From contig OZ059900.1 in the NCBI GenBank assembly GCA_964057225.1, positions 16,926,001-16,990,000 of the forward strand: DNA of 64,000 nt, in the 5' to 3' direction. The notes under the pieces were generated by a model. It saw nothing but the letters and a program-made list of their open reading frames with translations. It was not told the DNA's origin and did no database searches. Position 1 is the stretch's first letter. Each line of letters begins with the position of its first letter. The DNA is from Auanema rhodensis (Eukaryota; Animalia; Nematoda). Of the stretch, positions 1 to 15,000 are shown in pieces. The position numbers and the translations under genes were made by a program.

Positions 1-3000
1 ACTGCCTGTTTCCAATTATATTATCAGTGCAGGCTCTGAAAGTTTTTATAATCAAGGAATCACGTTCTAAATATTATAACTCGCGTACAGGAAAGTTAAT
101 TAAAAACAGAAACGAAACTATTATTGCTATTATCTATTACACAAACAGTCCGTGTTCATGAAGATTGGTATGATTGAGTAAACTAAGTCGTATTGTAATA
201 AAGCTGTCATTCAAATGTTTGCGTATTGCGTACTGCCTGTTTCCAATTATATTATCAGTGCAGGCTCTGAAAGTTTTTATAATCAAGGAATCACGTTCTA
301 AATATTATAACTCGCGTACAGGAAAGTTAATTAAAAACAGAAACGAAACTATTATTGCTATTATCTATTACACAAACAGTCCCTGTTCATGAAGCTTGAT
401 ATAATTGAGTAAACTAAGTCAACGAAGTCGTATTGTAATAAAGCTGTCATTCAAATATTTGCGTATTGCGTACTGCCTGTTTCCAATTATATTATCAGTG
501 CAGGCTCTGAAAGTTTTTATAATCAAGGAATCACGTTCTAAATATTATAACTCGCGTACAGGAAAGTTAATTAAAAACAGAAACGAAACTATTATTGCTA
601 TTATCTATTACACAAACAGTCCGTGTTCATGAAGCTTGATATAATTGAGTAAACTAAGTCGTATTGTAATAAAGCTGTCATTCAAATGTTTGCGTATTGC
701 CTGTTGCCAGTTATATTATCAGTGCAGGCTCTAAACATTTTTCATTATGAAGCAATCGCGTTCTAAATATGATAACTCGCGTACTGGAAAGTTAATTAAA
801 AAAAGAAACAAAACTATCATTGCTATCATCTATTACACAAACAGTCCCTGTTCATGAAGCTTGATATGATTGAATAAGCTAAGTCGTATTGTAATAAAGC
901 TGTCATTCAAATATTTGCGTATCGCGTACTGCCTGTTTCCAGATATATTATCAGTGCAGGCAATAAAAATTTTTCATAATCAAGGAATCACGTTCTAAAT
1001 ATTATAACTCGCGTACAGGAAAGTTAATTAAAAACAGAAACGAAACTATTATTGCTATTATCTATTACACAAACAGTCCGTGTTCATGAAGATTGGTATG
1101 ATTGAGTAAACTAAGTCGTATTGTAATAAAGCTGTCATTCAAATATTTGCGTATTGCGTACTGCCTGTTTCCAATTATATTATCAGTGCAGGCTCTAAAA
1201 GTTTTTATAATCAAGGAATCACGTTCTAAATATTATAACTCGCGTACAGGAAAGTTAATTAAAAACAGAAACGAAACTATTATTGCTATTATCTATTACA
1301 CAAACAGTCCGTGTTCATGAAGATTGGTATGATTGAGTAAACTAAGTCGTATTGTAATAAAGCTGTCATTCAAATGTTTGCGTATTGTGTACTGCCTGTT
1401 TCCAATTATATTATCAGTGCAGGCTCTGAAAGATTTTATAATCAAGGAATCACGTTCTAAATATTATAACTCGCGTACAGGAAAGTTAATTAAAAACAGA
1501 AACGAAACTATTATTGCTATCATCTATTGCACAAGCAGTCCGTGTTCATGAAGCTTGATATAATTGAGTAAACTAAGTCGTATTGTAATAAAGCTGTCAT
1601 TCAAATATTTGCGTATTGCGTACTGCCTGTTTCCAATTATATTATCAGTGCAGGCTCTGAAAGTTTTTATAATCAAGGAATCACGTTCTAAATATTATAA
1701 CTCGCGTACAGGAAAGTTAATTAAAAACAGAAACGAAACTATTATTGCTATTATCTATTACACAAACAGTCCGTGTTCATGAAGCTTGATATAATTGAGT
1801 AAACTAAGTCGTATTGTAATAAAGCTGTCATTCAAATGTTTGCGTATTGCCTGTTGCCAGTTATATTATCAGTGCAGGCTCTAAACATTTTTCATTATGA
1901 AGCAATCGCGTTCTAAATATGATAACTCGCGTACTGGAAAGTTAATTAAAAAAAGAAACAAAACTATCATTGCTATCATCTATTACACAAACAGTCCCTG
2001 TTCATGAAGCTTGATATGATTGAGTAAGCTAAGTCGTATTGTAATAAAGCTGTCATTCAAATATTTGCGTATCGCGTACTGCCTGTTTCCAGTTATATTA
2101 TCAGTGCAGGCACTAAAAATTTTTCATAATCAAGGAATCACGTTCTAAATATTATAACTCGCGTACAGAAAAGTTAATTAAAAACAGAAACGAAACTATT
2201 ATTGCTATTATCTATTACACAAACAGTCCGTGTTCATGAAGATTGGTATGATTGAGTAAACTAAGTCGTATTGTAATAAAGCTGTCATTCAAATATTTGC
2301 GTATCGCGTACTGCCTGTTTCCAGTTATATTATCAGTGCAGGCTCTAAAAATTTTTCATAATCAAGGAATCACGTTCTAAATATTATAACTCGCGTACAG
2401 GAAAGTTAATTAAAAACAGAAACGAAACTATTATTGCTATTATATATTACACAAGCAGTCCGTGTTCATGAAGCTTGATATAATTGAGTAAACTAAGTCG
2501 TATTGTAATAAAGCTGTCATTCAAATGTTTGCGTATTGCGTACTGCCTGTTTCCAATTATATTATCAGTGCAGGCTCTGAAAGTTTTTCATAATCAAGGA
2601 ATCACGTTCTAAATATTATAACTCGCGTACAGGAAAGTTAATTAAAAACAGAAACGAAACTATTATTGCTATTATATATTACACAAGCAGTCCGTGTTCA
2701 TGAAGCTTGATATAATTGAGTAAACTAAGTCGTATTGTAATAAAGCTGTCATTCAAATATTTGCGTATCGCGTACTGCCTGTTTCCAGTTATATTATCAG
2801 TGCAGGCTCTAAAAATTTTTCATAATCAAGGAATCACGTTCTAAATATTATAACTCGCGTACAGGAAAGTTAATTAAAAACAGAAACGAAACTATTATTG
2901 CTATTATCTATTACACAAACAGTCCGTGTTCATGAAGATTGGTATGATTGAGTAAACTAAGTCGTATTGTAATAAAGCTGTCATTCAAATGTTTGCGTAT

Positions 3001-6000
3001 TGCCTGTTGCCAGTTATATTATCAGTGCAGGCTCTAAACATTTTTCATTATGAAGCAATCGCGTTCTAAATATGATAACTCGCGTACTGGAAAGTTAATT
3101 AAAAAAAGAAACAAAACTATCATTGCTATCATCTATTACACAAACAGTCCCTGTTCATGAAGCTTGATATAATTGAGTAAACTAAGTCAACGAAGTCGTA
3201 TTGTAATAAAGCTGTCATTCAAATATTTGCGTATTGCGTACTGCCTGTTTCCAATTATATTATCAGTGCAGGCTCTGAAAGTTTTTATAATCAAGGAATC
3301 ACGTTCTAAATATTATAACTCGCGTACAGGAAAGTTAATTAAAAACAGAAACGAAACTATTATTGCTATTATCTATTACACAAACAGTCCGTGTTCATGA
3401 AGATTGGTATGATTGAGTAAACTAAGTCGTATTGTAATAAAGCTGTCATTCAAATGTTTGCGTATTGCGTACTGCCTGTTTCCAATTATATTATCAGTGC
3501 AGGCTCTGAAAGTTTTTCATTATCAAGGAATCGCGTTCTAAATATTATAACTCGCGTACTGGAAAGTTAATTAAAAAAAGAAACGAAACTATCCTTGCTA
3601 TCATCTATTGCACAAGCAGTCCGTGTTCATGAAGCTTGATATAATTGAGTAAACTAAGTCGTATTGTAATAAAGCTGTCATTCAAATATTTGCGTATCGC
3701 GTACTGCCTGTTTCCAGTTATATTATCAGTGCAGGCTCTAAAAATTTTTCATAATCAAGGAATCACGTTCTAAATATTATAACTCGCGTACTGGAAAGTT
3801 AATTAAAAAAAGAAACGAAACTATCCTTGCTATCATCTATTGCACAAACAGTCCGTGTTCATGAAGCTTGATATAATTGAGTAAACTAAGTCGTATTGTA
3901 ATAAAGCTGTCATTCAAATGTTTGCGTATTGCCTGTTTCCAATTATATTATCAGTGCAGGCTCTGAAAGTTTTTCATAATCAAGGAATCACGTTCTAAAT
4001 ATTATAACTCGCGTACTGAAAAGTTAATTAAAAAAAGAAACGAAACTATCATTGCTATCATCTATTACACAAGCAGTCCGTGTTCATGAAGCTTGATATA
4101 ATTGAGTAAGCTAAGTCGTATTGTATTAAAGCTGTCATTCAAATATTTGCGTATCGCGTACTGCCTGTTTCCAGTTATATTATCAGTGCAGGCTCTAAAA
4201 ATTTTTCATAATCAAGGAATCACGTTCTAAATATTATAACTCGCGTACAGGAAAGTTAATTAAAAACAGAAACGAAACTATTATTGCTATTATATATTAC
4301 ACAAGCAGTCCGTGTTCATGAAGCTTGATATAATTGAGTAAACTAAGTCGTATTGTAATAAAGCTGTCATTCAAATATTTGCGTATCGCGTACTGCCTGT
4401 TTCCAGTTATATTATCAGTGCAGGCTCTAAACATTTTTCATTATGAAGCAATCGCGTTCTAAATATGATAACTCGCGTACTGGAAAGTTAATTAAAAAAA
4501 GAAACGAAACTATCATTGCTATCATCTATTACACAAGCAGTCCCTGTTCATGAAGCTTGATATGATTGAGTAAACTAAGTCGTATTGTAATAAAGCTGTC
4601 ATTCAAATGTTTGCGTATTGCCTGTTGCCAGTTATATTATCAGTGCAGGCTCTAAACATTTTTCATTATGAAGCAGTCGCGTTCTAAATATGATAACTCG
4701 CGTACTGGAAAGTTAATTAAAAAAAGAAACGAAACTATCATTGCTATCATCTATTACACAAACAGTCCCTGTTCATGAAGCTTGATATGATTGAGTAAGC
4801 TAAGTCGTATTGTATTAAAGCTGTCATTCAAATATTTGCGTATCGCGTACTGCCTGTTTCCAGTTATATTATCAGTGCAGGCTCTAAAAATTTTTTCATA
4901 ATCAAGGAATCACGTTCTAAATATTATAACTCGCGTACAGGAAAGTTAATTAAAAACAGAAACGAAACTATTATTGCTATTATCTATTACACAAACAGTC
5001 CGTGTTCATGAAGATTGGTATGATTGAGTAAACTAAGTCGTATTGTAATAAAGCTGTCATTCAAATGTTTGCGTATTGCCTGTTGCCAGTTATATTATCA
5101 GTGCAGGCTCTAAACATTTTTCATTATGAAGCAATCGCGTTCTAAATATGATAACTCGCGTACTGGAAAGTTAATTAAAAAAAGAAACGAAACTATCATT
5201 GCTATCATCTATTACACAAACAGTCCCTGTTCATGAAGCTTGATATAATTGAGTAAACAAAGTCGTATTGTAATAAAGCTGTCATTCAAATGTTTGCGTA
5301 TTGCGTACTGCCTGTTTCCAATTACATTATCAGTGCAGGCTCTGAAAGTTTTTCATAATCAAGGAATCACGTTCTAAATATTATAACTCGCGTACAGGAA
5401 AGTTAATTAAAAACAGAAACGAAACTATTATTGCTATTATATATTACACAAGCAGTCCGTGTTCATGAAGCTTGATATAATTGAGTAAACTAAGTCGTAT
5501 TGTAATAAAGCTGTCATTCAAATATTTGCGTATCGCGTACTGCCTGTTTCCAGTTATATTATCAGTGCAGGCTCTAAACATTTTTCATTATGAAGCAATC
5601 GCGTTCTAAATATGATAACTCGCGTACTGGAAAGTTAATTAAAAAAAGAAACGAAACTATCATTGCTATCATCTATTACACAAGCAGTCCCTGTTCATGA
5701 AGCTTGATATGATTGAGTAAACTAAGTCGTATTGTAATAAAGCTGTCATTCAAATGTTTGCGTATTGCCTGTTGCCAGTTATATTATCAGTGCAGGCTCT
5801 AAACATTTTTCATTATGAAGCAGTCGCGTTCTAAATATGATAACTCGCGTACTGGAAAGTTAATTAAAAAAAGAAACGAAACTATCATTGCTATCATCTA
5901 TTACACAAACAGTCCCTGTTCATGAAGCTTGATATGATTGAGTAAGCTAAGTCGTATTGTATTAAAGCTGTCATTCAAATATTTGCGTATCGCGTACTGC

Positions 6001-9000
6001 CTGTTTCCAGTTATATTATCAGTGCAGGCTCTAAAAATTTTTTCATAATCAAGGAATCACGTTCTAAATATTATAACTCGCGTACAGGAAAGTTAATTAA
6101 AAACAGAAACGAAACTATTATTGCTATTATCTATTACACAAACAGTCCGTGTTCATGAAGATTGGTATGATTGAGTAAACTAAGTCGTATTGTAATAAAG
6201 CTGTCATTCAAATGTTTGCGTATTGCCTGTTGCCAGTTATATTATCAGTGCAGGCTCTAAACATTTTTCATTATGAAGCAATCGCGTTCTAAATATGATA
6301 ACTCGCGTACTGGAAAGTTAATTAAAAAAAGAAACGAAACTATCATTGCTATCATCTATTACACAAACAGTCCCTGTTCATGAAGCTTGATATAATTGAG
6401 TAAACAAAGTCGTATTGTAATAAAGCTGTCATTCAAATGTTTGCGTATTGCGTACTGCCTGTTTCCAATTACATTATCAGTGCAGGCTCTGAAAGTTTTT
6501 CATAATCAAGGAATCACGTTCTAAATATTATAACTCGCGTACAGGAAAGTTAATTAAAAACAGAAACGAAACTATTATTGCTATTATATATTACACAAGC
6601 AGTCCGTGTTCATGAAGCTTGATATAATTGAGTAAACTAAGTCGTATTGTAATAAAGCTGTCATTCAAATATTTGCGTATCGCGTACTGCCTGTTTCCAG
6701 TTATATTATCAGTGCAGGCTCTAAAAATTTTTCATAATCAAGGAATCACGTTCTAAATATTATAACTCGCGTACAGGAAAGTTAATTAAAAACAGAAACG
6801 AAACTATTATTGCTATTATCTATTACACAAACAGTCCGTGTTCATGAAGATTGGTATGATTGAGTAAACTAAGTCGTATTGTAATAAAGCTGTCATTCAA
6901 ATGTTTGCGTATTGCGTACTGCCTGTTTCCAATTATATTATCAGTGCAGGCTCTGAAAGTTTTTATAATCAAGGAATCACGTTCTAAATATTATAACTCG
7001 CGTACAGGAAAGTTAATTAAAAACAGAAACGAAACTATTATTGCTATTATATATTACACAAGCAGTCCGTGTTCATGAAGCTTGATATAATTGAGTAAAC
7101 TAAGTCGTATTGTAATAAAGCTGTCATTCAAATGTTTGCGTATTGCGTACTGCCTGTTTCCAATTATATTATCAGTGCAGGCTCTGAAAGTTTTTCATAA
7201 TCAAGGAATCACGTTCTAAATATTATAACTCGCGTACAGGAAAGTTAATTAAAAACAGAAACAAAACTATTATTGCTATTATCTATTACACAAACAGTCC
7301 GTGTTCATGAAGATTGGTATGATTGAGTAAACTAAGTCGTATTGTAATAAAGCTGTCATTCAAATGTTTGCGTATTGCGTACTGCCTGTTTCCAATTATA
7401 TTATCAGTGCAGGCTCTGAAAGTTTTTCATAATCAAGGAATCACGTTCTAAATATTATAACTCGCGTACAGGAAAGTTAATTAAAAACAGAAACGAAACT
7501 ATTATTGCTATTATATATTACACAAGCAGTCCGTGTTCATGAAGCTTGATATAATTGAGTAAACTAAGTCGTATTGTAATAAAGCTGTCATTCAAATGTT
7601 TGCGTATTGCGTACTGCCTGTTTCCAATTATATTATCAGTGCAGGCTCTGAAAGTTTTTCATAATCAAGGAATCACGTTCTAAATATTATAACTCGCGTA
7701 CAGGAAAGTTAATTAAAAACAGAAACGAAACTATTATTGCTATTATCTATTACACAAACAGTCCGTGTTCATGAAGATTGGTATGATTGAGTAAACTAAG
7801 TCGTATTGTAATAAAGCTGTCATTCAAATGTTTGCGTATTGCGTACTGCCTGTTTCCAATTATATTATCAGTGCAGGCTCTGAAAGTTTTTCATAATCAA
7901 GGAATCACGTTCTAAATATTATAACTCGCGTACAGGAAAGTTAATTAAAAACAGAAACGAAACTATTATTGCTATTATATATTACACAAGCAGTCCGTGT
8001 TCATGAAGCTTGATATAATTGAGTAAACTAAGTCGTATTGTAATAAAGCTGTCATTCAAATGTTTGCGTATTGCGTACTGCCTGTTTCCAATTATATTAT
8101 CAGTGCAGGCTCTGAAAGTTTTTCATAATCAAGGAATCACGTTCTAAATATTATAACTCGCGTACAGGAAAGTTAATTAAAAACAGAAACGAAACTATTA
8201 TTGCTATTATATATTACACAAGCAGTCCGTGTTCATGAAGCTTGATATAATTGAGTAAACTAAGTCGTATTGTAATAAAGCTGTCATTCAAATATTTGCG
8301 TATCGCGTACTGCCTGTTTCCAGTTATATTATCAGTGCAGGCTCTAAAAATTTTTCATAATCAAGGAATCACGTTCTAAATATTATAACTCGCGTACAGG
8401 AAAGTTAATTAAAAACAGAAACGAAACTATTATTGCTATTATATATTACACAAGCAGTCCGTGTTCATGAAGCTTGATATAATTGAGTAAACTAAGTCGT
8501 ATTGTAATAAAGCTGTCATTCAAATGTTTACGTATTGCGTACTGCCTGTTTCCAATTATATTATCAGTGCAGGCTCTGAAAGTTTTTCATAATCAAGGAA
8601 TCACGTTCTAAATATTATAACTCGCGTACAGGAAAGTTAATTAAAAACAGAAACGAAACTATTATTGCTATTATATATTACACAAGCAGTCCGTGTTCAT
8701 GAAGCTTGATATAATTGAGTAAACTAAGTCGTATTGTAATAAAGCTGTCATTCAAATGTTTGCGTATTGCGTACTGCCTGTGTCCAATTATATTATCAGT
8801 GCAGGCTCTGAAAGTTTTTCATAATCAAGGAATCACGTTCTAAATATTATAACTCGCGTACAGGAAAGTTAATTAAAAACAGAAACGAAACTATTATTGC
8901 TATTATATATTACACAAGCAGTCCGTGTTCATGAAGCTTGATATAATTGAGTAAACTAAGTCGTATTGTAATAAAGCTGTCATTCAAATATTTGCGTATC

Positions 9001-12000
9001 GCGTACTGCCTGTTTCCAGTTATATTATCAGTGCAGGCTCTAAAAATTTTTCATAATCAAGGAATCACGTTCTAAATATTATAACTCGCGTACAGGAAAG
9101 TTAATTAAAAACAGAAACGAAACTATTATTGCTATTATCTATTACACAAGCAGTCCGTGTTCATGAAGCTTGATATAATTGAGTAAACTAAGTCGTATTG
9201 TAATAAAGCTGTCATTCAAATGTTTGCGTATTGCGTACTGCCTGTTTCCAATTATATTATCAGTGCAGGCTCTGAAAGTTTCTCATAATCAAGGAATCAC
9301 GTTCTAAATATTATAACTCGCGTACAGGAAAGTTAATTAAAAACAGAAACGAAACTATTATTGCTATTATATATTACACAAGCAGTCCGTGTTCATGAAG
9401 CTTGATATAATTGAGTAAACTAAGTCGTATTGTAATAAAGCTGTCATTCAAATATTTGCGTATCGCGTACTGCCTGTTTCCAGTTATATTATCAGTGCAG
9501 GCTCTAAAAATTTTTCATAATCAAGGAATCACGTTCTAAATATTATAACTCGCGTACAGGAAAGTTAATTAAAAACAGAAACGAAACTATTATTGCTATT
9601 AGCTATTACACAAACAGTCCGTGTTCATGAAGATTGGTATGATTGAGTAAACTAAGTCGTATTGTAATAAAGCTGTCATTCAAATGTTTGCGTATTGCCT
9701 GTTGCCAGTTATATTATCAGTGCAGGCTCTAAACATTTTTCATTATGAAGCAATCGCGTTCTAAATATGATAACTCGCGTACTGGAAAAATAATTAAAAA
9801 AAGAAACGAAACTATTATTGCTATTATATATTACACAAGCAGTCCGTGTTCATGAAGCTTGATATAATTGAGTAAACTAAGTCGTATTGTAATAAAGCTG
9901 TCATTCAAATGTTTACGTATTGCGTACTGCCTGTTTCCAATTATATTATCAGTGCAGGCTCTGAAAGTTTTTCATAATCAAGGAATCACGTTCTAAATAT
10001 TATAACTCGCGTACAGGAAAGTTAATTAAAAACAGAAACGAAACTATTATTGCTATTATCTATTACACAAACAGTCCGTGTTCATGAAGATTGGTATGAT
10101 TGAGTAAACTAAGTCGTATTGTAATAAAGCTGTCATTCAAATGTTTGCGTATTGCCTGTTGCCAGTTATATTATCAGTGCAGGCTCTAAACATTTTTCAT
10201 TATGAAGCAATCGCGTTCTAAATATGATAACTCGCGTACTGGAAAAATAATTAAAAAAAGAAACGAAACTATTATTGCTATTATATATTACACAAGCAGT
10301 CCGTGTTCATGAAGCTTGATATAATTGAGTAAACTAAGTCGTATTGTAATAAAGCTGTCATTCAAATGTTTGCGTATTGCGTACTGCCTGTGTCCAATTA
10401 TATTATCAGTGCAGGCTCTGAAAGTTTTTCATAATCAAGGAATCACGTTCTAAATATTATAACTCGCGTACAGGAAAGTTAATTAAAAACAGAAACGAAA
10501 CTATTATTGCTATTATATATTACACAAGCAGTCCGTGTTCATGAAGCTTGATATAATTGAGTAAACTAAGTCGTATTGTAATAAAGCTGTCATTCAAATA
10601 TTTGCGTATCGCGTACTGCCTGTTTCCAGTTATATTATCAGTGCAGGCTCTAAAAATTTTTCATAATCAAGGAATCACGTTCTAAATATTATAACTCGCG
10701 TACAGGAAAGTTAATTAAAAACAGAAACGAAACTATTATTGCTATTATCTATTACACAAACATTCCGTGTTCATGAAGATTGGTATGATTGAGTAAACTA
10801 AGTCGTATTGTAATAAAGCTGTCATTCAAATGTTTGCGTATTGCGTACTGCCTGTTTCCAATTATATTATCAGTGCAGGCTCTGAAAGTTTTTCATAATC
10901 AAGGAATCACGTTCTAAATATTATAACTCGCGTACAGGAAAGTTAATTAAAAACAGAAACGAAACTATTATTGCTATTATATATTACACAAGCAGTCCGT
11001 GTTCATGAAGCTTGATATAATTGAGTAAACTAAGTCGTATTGTAATAAAGCTGTCATTCAAATGTTTGCGTATTGCGTACTGCCTGTTTCCAATTATATT
11101 ATCAGTGCAGGCTCTGAAAGTTTTTCATAATCAAGGAATCACGTTCTAAATATTATAACTCGCGTACAGGAAAGTTAATTAAAAACAGAAACGAAACTAT
11201 TATTGCTATTATATATTACACAAGCAGTCCGTGTTCATGAAGCTTGATATAATTGAGTAAACTAAGTCGTATTGTAATAAAGCTGTCATTCAAATATTTG
11301 CGTATCGCGTACTGCCTGTTTCCAGTTATATTATCAGTGCAGGCTCTAAAAATTTTTCATAATCAAGGAATCACGTTCTAAATATTATAACTCGCGTACA
11401 GGAAAGTTAATTAAAAACAGAAACGAAACTATTATTGCTATTATATATTACACAAGCAGTCCGTGTTCATGAAGCTTGATATAATTGAGTAAACTAAGTC
11501 GTATTGTAATAAAGCTGTCATTCAAATGTTTGCGTATTGCGTACTGCCTGTTTCCAATTATATTATCAGTGCAGGCTCTGAAAGTTTTTCATAATCAAGG
11601 AATCACGTTCTAAATATTATAACTCGCGTACAGGAAAGTTAATTAAAAACAGAAACGAAACTATTATTGCTATTATATATTACACAAGCAGTCCGTGTTC
11701 ATGAAGCTTGATATAATTGAGTAAACTAAGTCGTATTGTAATAAAGCTGTCATTCAAATGTTTGCGTATTGCGTACTGCCTGTGTCCAATTATATTATCA
11801 GTGCAGGCTCTGAAAGTTTTTCATAATCAAGGAATCACGTTCTAAATATTATAACTCGCGTACAGGAAAGTTAATTAAAAACAGAAACGAAACTATTATT
11901 GCTATTATATATTACACAAGCAGTCCGTGTTCATGAAGCTTGATATAATTGAGTAAACTAAGTCGTATTGTAATAAAGCTGTCATTCAAATGTTTGCGTA

Positions 12001-15000
12001 TTGCGTACTGCCTGTTTCCAATTATATTATCAGTGCAGGCTCTGAAAGTTTTTCATAATCAAGGAATCACGTTCTAAATATTATAACTCGCGTACAGGAA
12101 AGTTAATTAAAAACAGAAACGAAACTATTATTGCTATTATCTATTACACAAACAGTCCGTGTTCATGAAGATTGGTATGATTGAGTAAACTAAGTCGTAT
12201 TGTAATAAAGCTGTCATTCAAATGTTTGCGTATTGCGTACTGCCTGTTTCCAATTATATTATCAGTGCAGGCTCTGAAAGTTTTTCATAATCAAGGAATC
12301 ACGTTCTAAATATTATAACTCGCGTACAGGAAAGTTAATTAAAAACAGAAACGAAACTATTATTGCTATTATATATTACACAAGCAGTCCGTGTTCATGA
12401 AGCTTGATATAATTGAGTAAACTAAGTCGTATTGTAATAAAGCTGTCATTCAAATATTTGCGTATCGCGTACTGCCTGTTTCCAGTTATATTATCAGTGC
12501 AGGCTCTAAAAATTTTTCATAATCAAGGAATCACGTTCTAAATATTATAACTCGCGTACAGGAAAGTTAATTAAAAACAGAAACGAAACTATTATTGCTA
12601 TTATATATTACACAAGCAGTCCGTGTTCATGAAGCTTGATATAATTGAGTAAACTAAGTCGTATTGTAATAAAGCTGTCATTCAAATGTTTGCGTATTGC
12701 GTACTGCCTGTTTCCAATTATATTATCAGTGCAGGCTCTGAAAGTTTTTCATAATCAAGGAATCACGTTCTAAATATTATAACTCGCGTACAGGAAAGTT
12801 AATTAAAAACAGAAACGAAACTATTATTGCTATTATATATTACACAAGCAGTCCGTGTTCATGAAGCTTGATATAATTGAGTAAACTAAGTCGTATTGTA
12901 ATAAAGCTGTCATTCAAATATTTGCGTATCGCGTACTGCCTGTTTCCAGTTATATTATCAGTGCAGGCTCTAAAAATTTTTCATAATCAAGGAATCACGT
13001 TCTAAATATTATAACTCGCGTACAGGAAAGTTAATTAAAAACAGAAACGAAACTATTATTGCTATTATCTATTACACAAACAGTCCGTGTTCATGAAGAT
13101 TGGTATGATTGAGTAAACTAAGTCGTATTGTAATAAAGCTGTCATTCAAATGTTTGCGTATTGCGTACTGCCTGTTTCCAATTATATTATCAGTGCAGGC
13201 TCTGAAAGTTTTTCATAATCAAGGAATCACGTTCTAAATATTATAACTCGCGTACTGGAAAGTTAATTAAAAACAGAAACGAAACTATTATTGCTATTAT
13301 ATATTACACAAGCAGTCCGTGTTCATGAAGCTTGATATAATTGAGTAAACTAAGTCGTATTGTAATAAAGCTGTCATTCAAATGTTTGCGTATTGCGTAC
13401 TGCCTGTTTCCAATTATATTATCAGTGCAGGCTCTGAAAGTTTTTCATAATCAAGGAATCACGTTCTAAATATTATAACTCGCGTACAGGAAAGTTAATT
13501 AAAAACAGAAACGAAACTATTATTGCTATTATATATTACACAAGCAGTCCGTGTTCATGAAGCTTGATATAATTGAGTAAACTAAGTCGTATTGTAATAA
13601 AGCTGTCATTCAAATATTTGCGTATCGCGTACTGCCTGTTTCCAGTTATATTATCAGTGCAGGCTCTAAAAATTTTTCATAATCAAGGAATCACGTTCTA
13701 AATATTATAACTCGCGTACAGGAAAGTTAATTAAAAACAGAAACGAAACTATTATTGCTATTATCTATTACACAAACAGTCCGTGTTCATGAAGATTGGT
13801 ATGATTGAGTAAACTAAGTCGTATTGTAATAAAGCTGTCATTCAAATGTTTGCGTATTGCCTGTTGCCAGTTATATTATCAGTGCAGGCTCTAAACATTT
13901 TTCATTATGAAGCAATCGCGTTCTAAATATGATAACTCGCGTACTGGAAAGTTAATTAAAAAAAGAAACGAAACTATCATTGCTATCATCTATTACACAA
14001 ACAGTCCCTGTTCATGAAGCTTGATATGATTGAGTAAGCTAAGTCGTATTGTATTAAAGCTGTCATTCAAATGTTTGCGTATTGCGTACTGCCTGTTTCC
14101 AATTATATTATCAGTGCAGGCTCTGAAAGTTTTTCATAATCAAGGAATCACGTTCTAAATATTATAACTCGCGTACAGGAAAGTTAATTAAAAACAGAAA
14201 CGAAACTATTATTGCTATTATATATTACACAAGCAGTCCGTGTTCATGAAGCTTGATATAATTGAGTAAACTAAGTCGTATTGTAGTAAAGCTGTCATTC
14301 AAATATTTGCGTATCGCGTACTGCCTGTTTCCAGTTATATTATCAGTGCAGGCTCTAAAAATTTTTCATAATCAAGGAATCACGTTCTAAATATTATAAC
14401 TCGCGTACAGGAAAGTTAATTAAAAACAGAAACGAAACTATTATTGCTATTATATATTACACAAGCAGTCCGTGTTCATGAAGCTTGATATAATTGAGTA
14501 AACTAAGTCGTATTGTAATAAAGCTGTCATTCAAATGTTTGCGTATTGCGTACTGCCTGTTTCCAATTATATTATCAGTGCAGGCTCTGAAAGTTTTTCA
14601 TAATCAAGGAATCACGTTCTAAATATTATAACTCGCGTACAGGAAAGTTAATTAAAAACAGAAACGAAACTATTATTGCTATTATATATTACACAAGCAG
14701 TCCGTGTTCATGAAGCTTGATATAATTGAGTAAACTAAGTCGTATTGTAATAAAGCTGTCATTCAAATGTTTGCGTATTGCGTACTGCCTGTGTCCAATT
14801 ATATTATCAGTGCAGGCTCTGAAAGTTTTTCATAATCAAGGAATCACGTTCTAAATATTATAACTCGCGTACAGGAAAGTTAATTAAAAACAGAAACGAA
14901 ACTATTATTGCTATTATATATTACACAAGCAGTCCGTGTTCATGAAGCTTGATATAATTGAGTAAACTAAGTCGTATTGTAATAAAGCTGTCATTCAAAT

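Noticed and set aside
230-264. Hammerhead-ribozyme-like string on the - strand of monomer A (CUGAUAA-N8-GAAAC-AGGCA-GUA), checked because some animal satellites and retrozymes carry hammerheads
   Set aside because: The core is CUGAUAA rather than CUGANGA (catalytic G8 missing). There is no G-C closed stem II, stems I and III are only 2-3 bp, and a competing GCCUG/CAGGC pairing exists. An Infernal search with the Rfam hammerhead models would settle it. No CUGANGA was seen in B on either strand.
174-7078. 72-75 aa ORFs (MSKLSRIVIK...) on the + strand
   Set aside because: They start at TTG and exist only in 231/240-bp monomers lacking one C. Most monomers are frameshifted. There is no recognisable domain, so these are chance frames of satellite A.
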